This document shows positions 16,741 through 26,101 of a stretch of 64,000 nucleotides of DNA, one piece after another. The stretch lies in contig PWHK01000002.1 in the NCBI GenBank assembly GCA_003554845.1, forward strand, positions 3,538-67,537, read 5' to 3'. The position numbers and the translations under genes are program-made. Under the pieces are notes generated by a model. The model did not search any database. It saw nothing but the letters and a program-made list of their open reading frames with translations, and had not been told where the DNA came from. The stretch is from Candidatus Aenigmatarchaeota archaeon (GTDB taxonomy: Archaea; Aenigmatarchaeota; Aenigmatarchaeia; PWEA01). The number at the start of each line of letters is the position of its first letter. Within the stretch, counting starts at the first letter, position 1.

Positions 16741-17514
16741 ATGAAACCTCTGTATACTCTTCCGGAGCATCACTTTAAGGTAGGAGAAGATCTTGAGGAA
16801 AAGCTGAGAACTGCCGATAACGAACCTTCCCGTCAGATTCTATCCCACTGCGACAGAAGAATGGAGAAGTTTCGAAAAGCCGTTGATGAATACAATCCAG
16901 AAGTGATTTTTTTGGAAGGAGACGATGATTTCAAAAACATTTTAGACAAACTTGACTATGACGGTGAAGTAGTCTTTTTGGACAAGGACATAGAAGAATA
17001 CCATTCCATTGTGGAGAAAATAGAGGAAGTGCAAAGAAAGTACCAGCCCAAGATGAATGAGATCTGGGAAAGAACCCAGGAAATTCGTGAATCCGAAACC
17101 AAGTCCGATTACAGAAAGGAAGCCAAGGATCTGGCAAGACTTTTTACCGAGGAGAGCGAAGATCTTGGGGAGCTTATCGAATCCTATAAGAAGGAAGTAG
17201 GTGTTTTAAGAGAAGGGAAGTGGTCGGATCTGATAGCTGAAAAATACAGGGAACCTTCGCTGCTTAACTGTGGTTTTCATCATTTGAATAAAGATTTTAA
17301 GAGGGTAGGAAGGATGTCGTATTATTCTTTTATGGGAGGCGATGGCAATGAAGATCTTCCGGAGAGAAATTTCTATTCAGATTCTCTAATGATAACTAAG
17401 TCCCTTCTCAAATCCTTCTTTTCGAAGTTCTTTTCGAGTGACGATATTGGATATCTCCCCGAAAAACTGAAGTCCAGAGATATTGATGTCTTTGTGGTTG
17501 ACTTCCTTAAGTAG
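16741..17514 (+). CDS. Hypothetical protein (likely start MKPLYTLPE at 16741; track ORF starts at 16693)
   Basis: About 257 aa, charged, protein-like composition, no motif recognised. Confidence 0.5.
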   Translation: MKPLYTLPEHHFKVGEDLEEKLRTADNEPSRQILSHCDRRMEKFRKAVDEYNPEVIFLEGDDDFKNILDKLDYDGEVVFLDKDIEEYHSIVEKIEEVQRKYQPKMNEIWERTQEIRESETKSDYRKEAKDLARLFTEESEDLGELIESYKKEVGVLREGKWSDLIAEKYREPSLLNCGFHHLNKDFKRVGRMSYYSFMGGDGNEDLPERNFYSDSLMITKSLLKSFFSKFFSSDDIGYLPEKLKSRDIDVFVVDFLK

Positions 17515-17573
17515 GATTGGGAACTTGATTTGGGAAACTGAAACTAATAAGCTTTTGGGTTCTAAATAACATC

Positions 17574-17780
17574 ATGGTCTCCGAAAAAAGAGCAACGGTT
17601 TTTTGGATACTTGGTACAGTTCTTTTGTTTGTAGGCATGAGAATTGCGGTGGAGGCAGATAGAACTATTCTAGGTGTCACAGAACTCAGGTATTACAGTG
17701 CACTTCTACTGTCCTTTGGCCTCCTGTTGTTCGGTGGGATGCTATGGGTCTCTGTTGGTGGAGCTCTGGGAAAGGACTGA
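17574..17780 (+). CDS. Small two-TM membrane protein
   Basis: 68 aa with two hydrophobic helices. Confidence 0.35.
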   Translation: MVSEKRATVFWILGTVLLFVGMRIAVEADRTILGVTELRYYSALLLSFGLLLFGGMLWVSVGGALGKD

Positions 17781-17818
17781 AGCGATTCTATTAAAGTGTT
17801 CAGATCTATTTATGTAGT

Positions 17819-18463
17819 ATGAAGATAGTTGTTAAGATCGGTGGATCGGTTTCTATGAAAAAGTCAGGACCGGACTACAGATATATATCGGATTTTCTTG
17901 ACGTTGTGGATGAACTCAACGAGGACCATAAAATATCGATATGTGTAGGTGGTGGTGATTTTGTCAGGAGCTATTCCGAAGCAATAGAGGGATTTGGTCT
18001 TGGGGACGAGGAAAGAGAGCTCTGTTTTATAGAACTGATGCGCTCAAACGTGATGCTCATCTCCCTTTTGACGGGTAAGGAGCCCTTATTTGATCTATCC
18101 GGCTACGAGGGAGAAGAGGTAGTTGTCTCTGGTATAGAACCCGGGAGGTCAACGGACGCCAATGCAGCGGCTGTGGCTATGTACATGGATGCTGATCTCC
18201 TTGTAAAGCTTACGGATGTCGACGGAATATATGACAAAGATCCCAGGAACAACAGAGATGCTGAGCTTATAGATAGCATAGGTTTCGAAGATATAGACTT
18301 TGTGGGAGGTGAGGAAAGGCCCCTTGATTACGGTCCTTTGGATCCAAATGCCCTAAAAACGATAAAAGAAAACAGGATAAAAACAGTTCTGGTAAACGGA
18401 AGGGACCCTGAAAATCTGAGAAGGGTTGTCATGGGACAGGATATAGGCACACACATAGGGTAG
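17819..18463 (+). CDS. pyrH: Uridylate (UMP) kinase, archaeal type
   Basis: 214 aa amino-acid-kinase fold. KIGGS, ICVGGGDF, RSTDANAAAVAMYMDADLLVKLTDVDGIYDKDP resemble archaeal PyrH. Confidence 0.7.
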   Translation: MKIVVKIGGSVSMKKSGPDYRYISDFLDVVDELNEDHKISICVGGGDFVRSYSEAIEGFGLGDEERELCFIELMRSNVMLISLLTGKEPLFDLSGYEGEEVVVSGIEPGRSTDANAAAVAMYMDADLLVKLTDVDGIYDKDPRNNRDAELIDSIGFEDIDFVGGEERPLDYGPLDPNALKTIKENRIKTVLVNGRDPENLRRVVMGQDIGTHIG

Positions 18464-18512
18464 GTAAGGGTTCTTTGAACCTATTTAAATCTCAGAAGAC
18501 AATTTTTTCTTC

Positions 18513-19136
18513 ATGTCTGAAATTATAGGCCGTGGTGCTGAAGCAGTCCTGAGAAAGGAAGAGTTCATGGATAAATACTCTGTTGTCAAGGAAAGACTGA
18601 AAAAAGGATACAGGGTCGATGAACTGGATACAAGGCTCAGGAAGGAGAGAACAAAGATAGAGGCAAAGCTTCTTTCCGAGGCAAGGCGCGTTGGTGTTTC
18701 AACGCCCCAGGTCTACGGCAGGGAGGACAACATTCTGAAAATAGAGTTTCTGGACGGCGACAAGGTCAGGGATGTAGTGCCTAAATACAACACCAAAAAG
18801 AGAAAAAACCTTTCCGAGACCATAGGAGAAAACATAGCTAAGCTTCATGGTCGCGGCATCGTTCACGGTGACCTTACGACTTCTAATATGATAATAGTGG
18901 ATGGAGATCTTTATTTCATAGATTTTGGTCTCGGGTATTTTTCGGACAGCGTAGAGGACAAGGCCGTTGACCTCTATCTTCTATGGGAGGTTCTCGAAAG
19001 CACACACCCTGACTACAGGAAGGAGATGTGGATTTCTATCACCGGAAGTTACAAGGAAGCATACAGGGATGCAGAAAGAGTTCTCAAAAGGGTTGATGAA
19101 ATAGGTAAGAGGGGTAGATATGTCTCTGAAAGATAG
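18513..19136 (+). CDS. bud32: Kae1-associated kinase Bud32 (KEOPS subunit)
   Basis: 207 aa atypical small kinase. GAEAV N-lobe, catalytic loop HGDLTTSNMI, IDFGL. Confidence 0.85.
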   Translation: MSEIIGRGAEAVLRKEEFMDKYSVVKERLKKGYRVDELDTRLRKERTKIEAKLLSEARRVGVSTPQVYGREDNILKIEFLDGDKVRDVVPKYNTKKRKNLSETIGENIAKLHGRGIVHGDLTTSNMIIVDGDLYFIDFGLGYFSDSVEDKAVDLYLLWEVLESTHPDYRKEMWISITGSYKEAYRDAERVLKRVDEIGKRGRYVSER

Positions 19137-20097
19137 AATACTGGGTAGGGAAAAATTGAAGAGAAGGGTAGAGTCTCTGGAGTCGGAGATCGAAGATATG
19201 AAGAGCCTTAAAAGAGATCTCGAAAGGAAGGCATCCAAGGAGGAAAAAAGAGCCAAGGAGGCGGTATCGAAGATGCAGGGCCTCCATGAAGAGATAAACC
19301 GTAAGAAAGACAGAATAAAATCCCTCGAGGACAAGATTACTAAGAAAGATCTTATCGAGAAGGCCGTTGGTTCGAAGTCCGGCGAAAGAACCATGGGAAG
19401 ACAGAAGACGAAAAAACTTCTGGAAAAGATAGAGAACATGGTAAGCAGCGAAGAAGATCTTCTCACTGTTTCGATTCCATCTGGATCGTCGCTGCGGGAT
19501 ATAGATTCCGATGGATTTATACAGACAAGTCTGACATTAAACCAGCTCAAGAGACTCAGAGACGAGAAATCAGAAACAGGTAAAGTTTTCTTCCACTGTC
19601 CGGACCTCTTCAACATTCTTCTCAAACCACCTATTCCTGTTCAAAATGAAGACTGGCATGTAGACTCGAACTTTGACATAGGCCTTGTTTCGGACATACT
19701 ACAGTCTCGTGTTGGTTTTGTATTTCTGTCTGCGGGTGGATCTGCAGTCGCGGTCTTTGGTGATACAATAGAGGACTACAGTATCGTGAAGAGCAGCGTA
19801 AAAAGTAAACATAAAAAGGGAGGATTCAGTCAGGACAGATTCAAAAGATCCAGGGACGAGGACATAAAGAACCATATAGAAAAGACCGTGAAGGCCCTGG
19901 GGGAAACAGTTCCCGGGGATATAGGTTTGTTTGCAGTGAGCGGCTCAAAGAAGATGGTATCTATGCTAACAGAACATAGTTTTTTTGAAGACAGGAAGAT
20001 ATTTGAAAGGAGCCTTAATCTCTCCAGGATCGTCGAAGAGGACGATCTTAAAAAGGCATTCAGGGAGTTCTGGTCCACCGAGGTTACTCACCTTTGA
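19120..20097 (+). CDS. eRF1-domain-2-like protein (VLRF1/baeRF-like) with N-terminal coiled coil; GGQ replaced by GGF
   Basis: 325 aa. KHKKGGFSQDRFKRSRDEDIKNHIEKTVKAL compares with aRF1 KHKAGGQSQRRFERLREEAAHEFFKRV as I recall it. DIGLFAVSGSKKM resembles GIIIGGPGPTK. First 100 aa K/E coiled coil. Overlaps bud32 by 17 nt. Confidence 0.65.
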   Translation: MSLKDRILGREKLKRRVESLESEIEDMKSLKRDLERKASKEEKRAKEAVSKMQGLHEEINRKKDRIKSLEDKITKKDLIEKAVGSKSGERTMGRQKTKKLLEKIENMVSSEEDLLTVSIPSGSSLRDIDSDGFIQTSLTLNQLKRLRDEKSETGKVFFHCPDLFNILLKPPIPVQNEDWHVDSNFDIGLVSDILQSRVGFVFLSAGGSAVAVFGDTIEDYSIVKSSVKSKHKKGGFSQDRFKRSRDEDIKNHIEKTVKALGETVPGDIGLFAVSGSKKMVSMLTEHSFFEDRKIFERSLNLSRIVEEDDLKKAFREFWSTEVTHL

Positions 20098-21337
20098 ACT
20101 CGACCTCTTCTGTATCCCGAACCACCGGACCTTGCTTTATTCTGTGTTCTATGTAGATGGTTCCCAGTGTCGTTACAACCGAGGTTCCAAGTATAACAGA
20201 AAACACTATCTCAGGGAATATCTCTGTTCCAGGTATACCGTATTCGATTACTGGAGCAGATGCCAGAACGGCAGCCGCCAGACCTCTCGGGGACATGAAT
20301 ATCATTATCCACTTTTCCATGGTACTGAAGCCGCTACGTATCGATACTATTTGGACTGCAATAAACCTTGTTATAATTATGATGCCTGTGAGTATAGCTC
20401 CGTAGAGAAATAGTGGGGGATTTTCAAAGGTTATGATTATTCCAAGAATAACAAAGAAAAAGGTCTTAACAAAGAAGGATATCTGGTTCTGGAACTCCTT
20501 TGTTTTTTCGGCAAGTCCCAGATATTTTTTCTCGAGACCAAGCATGACACTTACCTTTTTGGCATTTCCAAGAACAAGTCCTGCCACAAAGGATGCAACT
20601 GCTCCCTGTCCTCCTAGTATCTGTGTGGATGCGTATACAAAGAAGAGAAACGAAAGGGTAAGCATATAGTGAAAATCCTCACCTCTTATATGTCTCAGAA
20701 CGTTGAGCCACAGTATTCCCGAGACAAATCCAACTACAATGGAAACAGAGAAGGTTGAGACAACTCCTGATATTCCTTGGCCTGTAAGGGAATTAATTCC
20801 TGTTCCTCCTATGATCATATCTATGAGAACCAGTGCGACTATTATACAGAGTGGATCGGTTATAACCGATTCTATATCCAGGACAAGTCGAGACTTCTGT
20901 CCGAAATCCTCGAGTTCCGAAACAACAGGTATGACTATTGCAGAGGACACGCCTCCTACTATTGATCCCAACAACAGGGACTCAACGGGACCAAGTCCAT
21001 CGAACACCAGAAATGAAAGGCCGCTAACCGCGGCAGCTGATAACACAAAGCCTAAAACTGCCAGCAGTGAGCCGCGTGGAACTTCCCTTAAAACCCTGTC
21101 TATCTTTAGATTCAGGCCTCCGTCGAACAGTATCATGAGAAGGGCCAGGGCAGATACGTAGGGTGTTATCTCCAGAAAAACGCTTCTTTCGAATATCCCG
21201 AGAACAGGGCCGAGGAGAACACCAAGTAGGAGAAGAAAAAGTATGTCAGGGATCTTCGTCTTTTTGAAGACATAGTTTCCAAGGAATCCTATGCCTATTA
21301 CGGACGCAATTATAAGAAACAGGAGTCCTATGTCCAT
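20084..21337 (-). CDS. Cation:proton antiporter (Na+/H+ exchanger family)
   Basis: 417 aa, about 11-12 TM helices. N-terminal MDIGLLFLIIASVIGIGFLGNYV...LLLGVLLGP typical of CPA-type exchangers. Confidence 0.7.
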   Translation of the reverse strand: MDIGLLFLIIASVIGIGFLGNYVFKKTKIPDILFLLLLGVLLGPVLGIFERSVFLEITPYVSALALLMILFDGGLNLKIDRVLREVPRGSLLAVLGFVLSAAAVSGLSFLVFDGLGPVESLLLGSIVGGVSSAIVIPVVSELEDFGQKSRLVLDIESVITDPLCIIVALVLIDMIIGGTGINSLTGQGISGVVSTFSVSIVVGFVSGILWLNVLRHIRGEDFHYMLTLSFLFFVYASTQILGGQGAVASFVAGLVLGNAKKVSVMLGLEKKYLGLAEKTKEFQNQISFFVKTFFFVILGIIITFENPPLFLYGAILTGIIIITRFIAVQIVSIRSGFSTMEKWIMIFMSPRGLAAAVLASAPVIEYGIPGTEIFPEIVFSVILGTSVVTTLGTIYIEHRIKQGPVVRDTEEVEFKGE

Positions 21338-21415
21338 ATTTTCATCTACCCTTAAACAAGGTTATGAGAGAAAACTTAAAAAGGTCCCTGTAACTATAAG
21401 GTTTAGTGGGTATCT

Positions 21416-21775
21416 ATGGAAGACGAAACTATTGAAGGCGAGGTTCTCGAACTGGATGAATCACAGTTCAACTGTTTGGTGTGTGACGAGCTACTGGAGT
21501 TCGACTTTGACACGGATGGACCTATAGAGCCTGAGTCAGACGGCGAGCTTCCCAAGGAGTTCAAAGAAAATATTGCTACACCGGAGAACTTTACAGATGA
21601 GGTGGATAGTGGCATGGATGAAAACACAGAGGAAACAATGAGAATAGACTGTGTCTGTGGAGCCGAGTATTTGATCAGGAAGATTCCAGGAGTCCCTGGA
21701 TTTGAAGTTATACATATGATAGAAAGTGAGCCGGAGCTTGCCGAAAAAGAGTTTGAGCAGGAGTTTGAAATTTAA
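21416..21775 (+). CDS. Small acidic Cys-containing protein, unknown function
   Basis: 119 aa, very acidic, CLVCDE...CVCGAEY. Confidence 0.4.
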   Translation: MEDETIEGEVLELDESQFNCLVCDELLEFDFDTDGPIEPESDGELPKEFKENIATPENFTDEVDSGMDENTEETMRIDCVCGAEYLIRKIPGVPGFEVIHMIESEPELAEKEFEQEFEI

Positions 21776-21808
21776 TTTTTAATATTGGACATACAATTTA
21801 CTTTTTCT

Positions 21809-23647
21809 ATGGTTCCAGATCTTTTTCCGTTTGAAAATGTCCGCTCCGGTCAGGACAGAATTATATCCGATGCCAGGGAGGTTCTCATAGAGGGAAAAAA
21901 TCTTATAGCACATGCTCCTTCGGGCCTTGGAAAAACTGCTGCCTCTCTTTCATCGAGCCTTTCCTATGGAATGGAAAACAACAAAACAGTCTTCTTTCTT
22001 ACACCTAAGCATTCTCAGCACAGGATAGCCGTAGAGACAGCAGAGAAGATCATGGACAAGCATCCGGTTGATATCACAGTTGCCGATATAATAGGAAAGA
22101 GATGGCTTTGTAGCGCAGACGGGATACGTGATATGAGCTCCTCGGATTTCCACAACTACTGTAAGACCCTCAAGGAAGAGGAGAGATGTAGGTACTACAA
22201 CAACACATTTTCCGATAGGTCTTCACTTTCCGATAAAGCCGTAAAAAAGCTGTCCGAGCTCAAGGGAAGGGCTCTGATGGCAGAGGAGATAAAGAAGAAG
22301 ACTGAGAATTTATGTACGTACGAGATCCTGGTTAACCACGCAAAACAGGCAGACCTTATAATAGGTGACTACTTCCATATATTCCATCCAGGTGTCAGAG
22401 AAGCTTTTCTTACCAAGTCAGGGAAGACATTGAAGGACTCCATACTTGTCGTGGATGAGGCACATAACCTGCCTTCTAGAACACGCAGCCTTCTTTCGAA
22501 GAGGCTCAGTACCTATCAGATCTCAAGGGCACAGACAGAAGCAGACGAGTTTGGTTACCTCGAGGAGAGGAGGATCCTGGAGGGTCTCGAAGACATGCTT
22601 TTCGATATAGGAGGTGGCATGGAGGACAAAGAGGAGGAGATATCAAAGGACGACCTGATGGATAGGATAGAAGACTACGATACACTCATCGATAGGATGG
22701 AAAGGGTTGCCCAGGATGTATACGAGGAAGAAGACAGAAGCCACTGCTCGTCCATAAAGGACTTTCTCGAGGCATGGAAGGGCAAGGACACAGGCTTTGT
22801 CAGATTCATGCGAAAGAAAAGATCCAGAAACGGAAATACATACTACACGTGCTTCTACGAGTGCCTTGATCCACAGTTATCAACAAGGGAGGTTTTTGAT
22901 ACAGTTCACTCGTCTATTCTGATGTCGGCGACGCTTACTCCTATGCAGATGTATTCCGACCTTCTTGGACTGGCAGAAGGCAAGACGGTCAAGAACGTAT
23001 ATTCTTCTCCATTTCCCGAGGAAAATCGATCCTATCTTGTTGTTGACTCTGTTACCACGAAGTATAAGGAGAGAAACGAAGAACAGTACCAGAAGATAGC
23101 CTGGTTTCTGTCTAAGAGTCTTGAGAAGGTTCCTGGAAATGCCTCAGCGTTTTTTCCTTCCTATAGATTACGTGACAAGGTCAAGGACATGGTAAATACA
23201 GATAAGAGGGTTTTACTCGAAAGGAGAAACATGTCAAAGAAGGAGAAATCAGATCTCCTTGATATTTTCAAAAACGAGAGCAACTGTGTCCTCCTTGGGA
23301 TATCCGGGGCTTCCTTTTCCGAGGGTGTTGATTTTCCAGGTAGGTGCATGGATGCTGTCTTTGTTGTAGGCCTTCCTCTAAGGGAACCGGACCTTGAAAC
23401 AAGGGCACTTATAGACTTCTATGAGTACAAGTTCGGGAAGGGTTGGGACTATGCCTACATCTATCCTGCCATGAAGAAGGCCATGCAGGCCGCAGGGAGA
23501 TGTATAAGAACAAAGAACGACAGAGGGGCGATGGTCTTTATGGACAAAAGATATACATGGAACAACTACAGGAAGGTCTTTCCTCCCGAGGTAGATCTTG
23601 AAAAAACAAAGGCACCATGGAAGGAAATAGAACAGTTTTTTCAGTAG
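21809..23647 (+). CDS. xpd: XPD/Rad3-family 5'-3' DNA helicase with FeS domain
   Basis: Walker A HAPSGLGKT. Four-Cys cluster region (WLCSADG...YCKTL...RCRYYN...LCTYE). DEAH box VVDEAHNL. C-terminal motifs. Likely start MVPDLFPF (21809); track ORF starts at 21785. Confidence 0.9.
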   Translation: MVPDLFPFENVRSGQDRIISDAREVLIEGKNLIAHAPSGLGKTAASLSSSLSYGMENNKTVFFLTPKHSQHRIAVETAEKIMDKHPVDITVADIIGKRWLCSADGIRDMSSSDFHNYCKTLKEEERCRYYNNTFSDRSSLSDKAVKKLSELKGRALMAEEIKKKTENLCTYEILVNHAKQADLIIGDYFHIFHPGVREAFLTKSGKTLKDSILVVDEAHNLPSRTRSLLSKRLSTYQISRAQTEADEFGYLEERRILEGLEDMLFDIGGGMEDKEEEISKDDLMDRIEDYDTLIDRMERVAQDVYEEEDRSHCSSIKDFLEAWKGKDTGFVRFMRKKRSRNGNTYYTCFYECLDPQLSTREVFDTVHSSILMSATLTPMQMYSDLLGLAEGKTVKNVYSSPFPEENRSYLVVDSVTTKYKERNEEQYQKIAWFLSKSLEKVPGNASAFFPSYRLRDKVKDMVNTDKRVLLERRNMSKKEKSDLLDIFKNESNCVLLGISGASFSEGVDFPGRCMDAVFVVGLPLREPDLETRALIDFYEYKFGKGWDYAYIYPAMKKAMQAAGRCIRTKNDRGAMVFMDKRYTWNNYRKVFPPEVDLEKTKAPWKEIEQFFQ

Positions 23648-24006
23648 GATATGGTTATGATCTTAAGTATTTTGTCTCTCTGGTCCGATGGATGGAACTT
23701 CCAAACTACCTTTGCGTTAGATCTCTCTGTAAAAATTTCTGCGATTTCCATGGCCTTCCAGTGAAGTCCTGGGTTTCCCTCTACGAGCAGGAGAAGATTT
23801 TCTGCTCTATCCAGGTTCATGTTGATGTTTTCGAGTATTAACCCTTCGTTTACAGTTGGAAATACCTGAAGGTAACTTGAGTTGATATTTCCTGAGGCCA
23901 TTTCGCCCATATGGTCCTCTGTCAGGCTGAATCCATTGTTGAGAAGTATTCTCATTTTCTTTTGGACTGCCTTATTTTCTATTCTTCTAAGCAATTTCTC
24001 CTTCAT
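23641..24006 (-). CDS. Hypothetical protein
   Basis: 121 aa ORF, protein-like, convergent with xpd (7-nt overlap). Confidence 0.3.
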   Translation of the reverse strand: MKEKLLRRIENKAVQKKMRILLNNGFSLTEDHMGEMASGNINSSYLQVFPTVNEGLILENINMNLDRAENLLLLVEGNPGLHWKAMEIAEIFTERSNAKVVWKFHPSDQRDKILKIITISY

Positions 24007-24116
24007 GGGGGCTTCTCCTCACGTTACTGCGAGTAGCATAGAAATTGTAGGTTGTGATTAAAAAGCTTTGTGGCGTCCAAACAGTTAAATTATTTCAAAA
24101 TTACAATAGTTGTAAA

Positions 24117-25115
24117 ATGAAGAGGATATCTGCACCGGGTAATATCTTCCTGTTGGGTGAGCATTCAGTTGTATACGGAAGGCCTGCGTTGCTTGCCTCT
24201 ATAGACAGAAGAACATATGTCTCGGGCCGAAAAAAAGAAGGCAGGAGTGTTGAAGTGGAGTCCTGTGGCTATGGCAGTATAGATTCGGACCTCTCTGGAC
24301 TTCTTAAGAGGGTATACAGAACCCAGGATGCATATAATGATCCCATGGACCCGATAAGGGATCTCATTGGAAGTTTCAGCAGTATAAAGAATATGGACAC
24401 AGGTTTTGAGGCAAGTATAGAGTCCGATATACCTAGGGACTCGGGTGGTCAGAGCAGTTCCACTGCGGTACTGGCTGCTTTTTTTGATTTTCTCTGTGGG
24501 ATATACGGGGTGTCAATGGAGAGAAAACTGTATTTTTCACATCTCTATCCCTTCCAGGTCAAGATACACGGCGGAGCAGCATCCGGTTCGGAGTTTGCAT
24601 CCAGTATACTTGGAGGGTACAACAGAGTTGCAAAGACTCCTGGCGGTGAAGTGCCTGTGGATTTCAAAAATATGGGGAACCTAGAACTCGATCTTGTCAT
24701 AGGCGATACAGGTATAGAGGCCAAGACAGACAAGACAGTTGGCCACGTAAGGCAGTGTTTGAAAGAAGACAGAGAGACCTACGAGACATATTTCAATAGT
24801 ATAGATGATCTTGTCGAAGGTGCAGAGAAGGCGATCAAAAACCAAAACCTTCCCAGACTTGGAAGCCTCATGGACAAAAACCACAGGATACTTCGGAGAA
24901 TGGGAGTCTCACATAGGAAACTTGATAGACTGGTCGATGCCGCGAGGGACGCCGGAGCCCTCGGGGCAAAACTTTCCGGTGGTGGAGGCGGAGGAATTAT
25001 GGTTGCACTCTGCGACGAAACTAATAAAAGGGATATCAAACAAGCAATAGAAGAGGCAGGCGGAGATGGCTGTATTACGGAGGTAGGTGTTGATGGAGTC
25101 AGAAGAGAGGTTTAG
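24117..25115 (+). CDS. mvk: Mevalonate kinase (GHMP kinase)
   Basis: N-terminal SAPGNIFLLGEHSVVYG. GHMP phosphate loop PRDSGGQSSSTAV. Gly-rich KLSGGGGGGIMVAL. ATG at 24117 (track ORF has a GTG start at 24054). Confidence 0.85.
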   Translation: MKRISAPGNIFLLGEHSVVYGRPALLASIDRRTYVSGRKKEGRSVEVESCGYGSIDSDLSGLLKRVYRTQDAYNDPMDPIRDLIGSFSSIKNMDTGFEASIESDIPRDSGGQSSSTAVLAAFFDFLCGIYGVSMERKLYFSHLYPFQVKIHGGAASGSEFASSILGGYNRVAKTPGGEVPVDFKNMGNLELDLVIGDTGIEAKTDKTVGHVRQCLKEDRETYETYFNSIDDLVEGAEKAIKNQNLPRLGSLMDKNHRILRRMGVSHRKLDRLVDAARDAGALGAKLSGGGGGGIMVALCDETNKRDIKQAIEEAGGDGCITEVGVDGVRREV

Positions 25116-25118
25116 AAA

Positions 25119-26030
25119 ATGTCAAGACAGGTAAAGGACTACAGCGTTTCAGGCGGCATAGATCTGGAAGAACTTGTCAAGCAGATGGAGGAGTCAGGAG
25201 GCTTCCAGGCGAAAAACGTTGGAACTGCTGCTGATATTTTAAAGGAGATGTCGGAAGACGGAGAGTCAACAAACTTTCTTTCGTTTCCTGCATGTATAAT
25301 ATCTACAGGCACAAGGGGAATAGTCCGTGATCTCTTAAAGGAAAATGTATTTGATGCCGTCGTCACTACGTGCGGCACCCTGGACCACGATGTGGCACGT
25401 TATTTTTCGGACTACCATCACGGAAGCTTTACAGCCGACGACAGAGATCTTCACCAGAAGGAGACACACCGTCTTGGTAATATCTTTATTCCACAGTCCT
25501 CCTATGGGCAGGTGGTGGAGGAAAACGTACAGCCTTTACTCGAGGAGATAAACAAGGAAAAGGATAACCTTGCACCCTATGAGCTGGTATGGGAGCTCGG
25601 AAAAAGGATGGACGAGACTACTATATGCTACTGGGCCTGGAAGAACAGAATACCGATCTTCGTTCCGGGTATAACAGATGGTGCAGTAGGGACCCAGGTA
25701 TGGTTCTTCAGACAGGATCACGACTTCACAGTCGACGTCTGGAAGGACGAGGATATGATATCGGAGATGGTATTTGATGCAGAACGAACCTCGGGCCTTA
25801 TACTGGGTGGGGGAATATCCAAACACCATACAATATGGTGGAATCAGTTCATAGACGGTTTGGACAGGGCCGTATACGTGACCACAGCCGTTGAATGGGA
25901 CGGTTCTCTCTCCGGCGCCAGACCGGAAGAGGCTATTTCATGGAGTAAGATAAAGGAAGAGGGTAGGACAGTCGAGGTAAAAGGCGATGCTACAGTAATT
26001 TTACCGCTTGTTGTTTCCTCTGTGCTCTGA
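25119..26030 (+). CDS. dys: Deoxyhypusine synthase
   Basis: 303 aa. ISTGTRGIVRDLL and ILGGGISKHH resemble the DHS NAD/spermidine site motifs (GGGxPKHH). Confidence 0.8.
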   Translation: MSRQVKDYSVSGGIDLEELVKQMEESGGFQAKNVGTAADILKEMSEDGESTNFLSFPACIISTGTRGIVRDLLKENVFDAVVTTCGTLDHDVARYFSDYHHGSFTADDRDLHQKETHRLGNIFIPQSSYGQVVEENVQPLLEEINKEKDNLAPYELVWELGKRMDETTICYWAWKNRIPIFVPGITDGAVGTQVWFFRQDHDFTVDVWKDEDMISEMVFDAERTSGLILGGGISKHHTIWWNQFIDGLDRAVYVTTAVEWDGSLSGARPEEAISWSKIKEEGRTVEVKGDATVILPLVVSSVL

Positions 26031-26101
26031 TAATATAGTCAGATGACGAGCGGCATTGAAGGCAATTTTTATATATTTATTTGAGTCATTAATGGGGTAG
26101 T

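Noticed and set aside
18981-19625. 214-aa minus-strand ORF
   Set aside because: Antisense across the bud32 / eRF1-like junction. Ser/Leu/Phe-rich noise.
20703-21161. 152-aa plus-strand ORF
   Set aside because: Antisense to the antiporter gene. Pro/Ser/Thr-rich.
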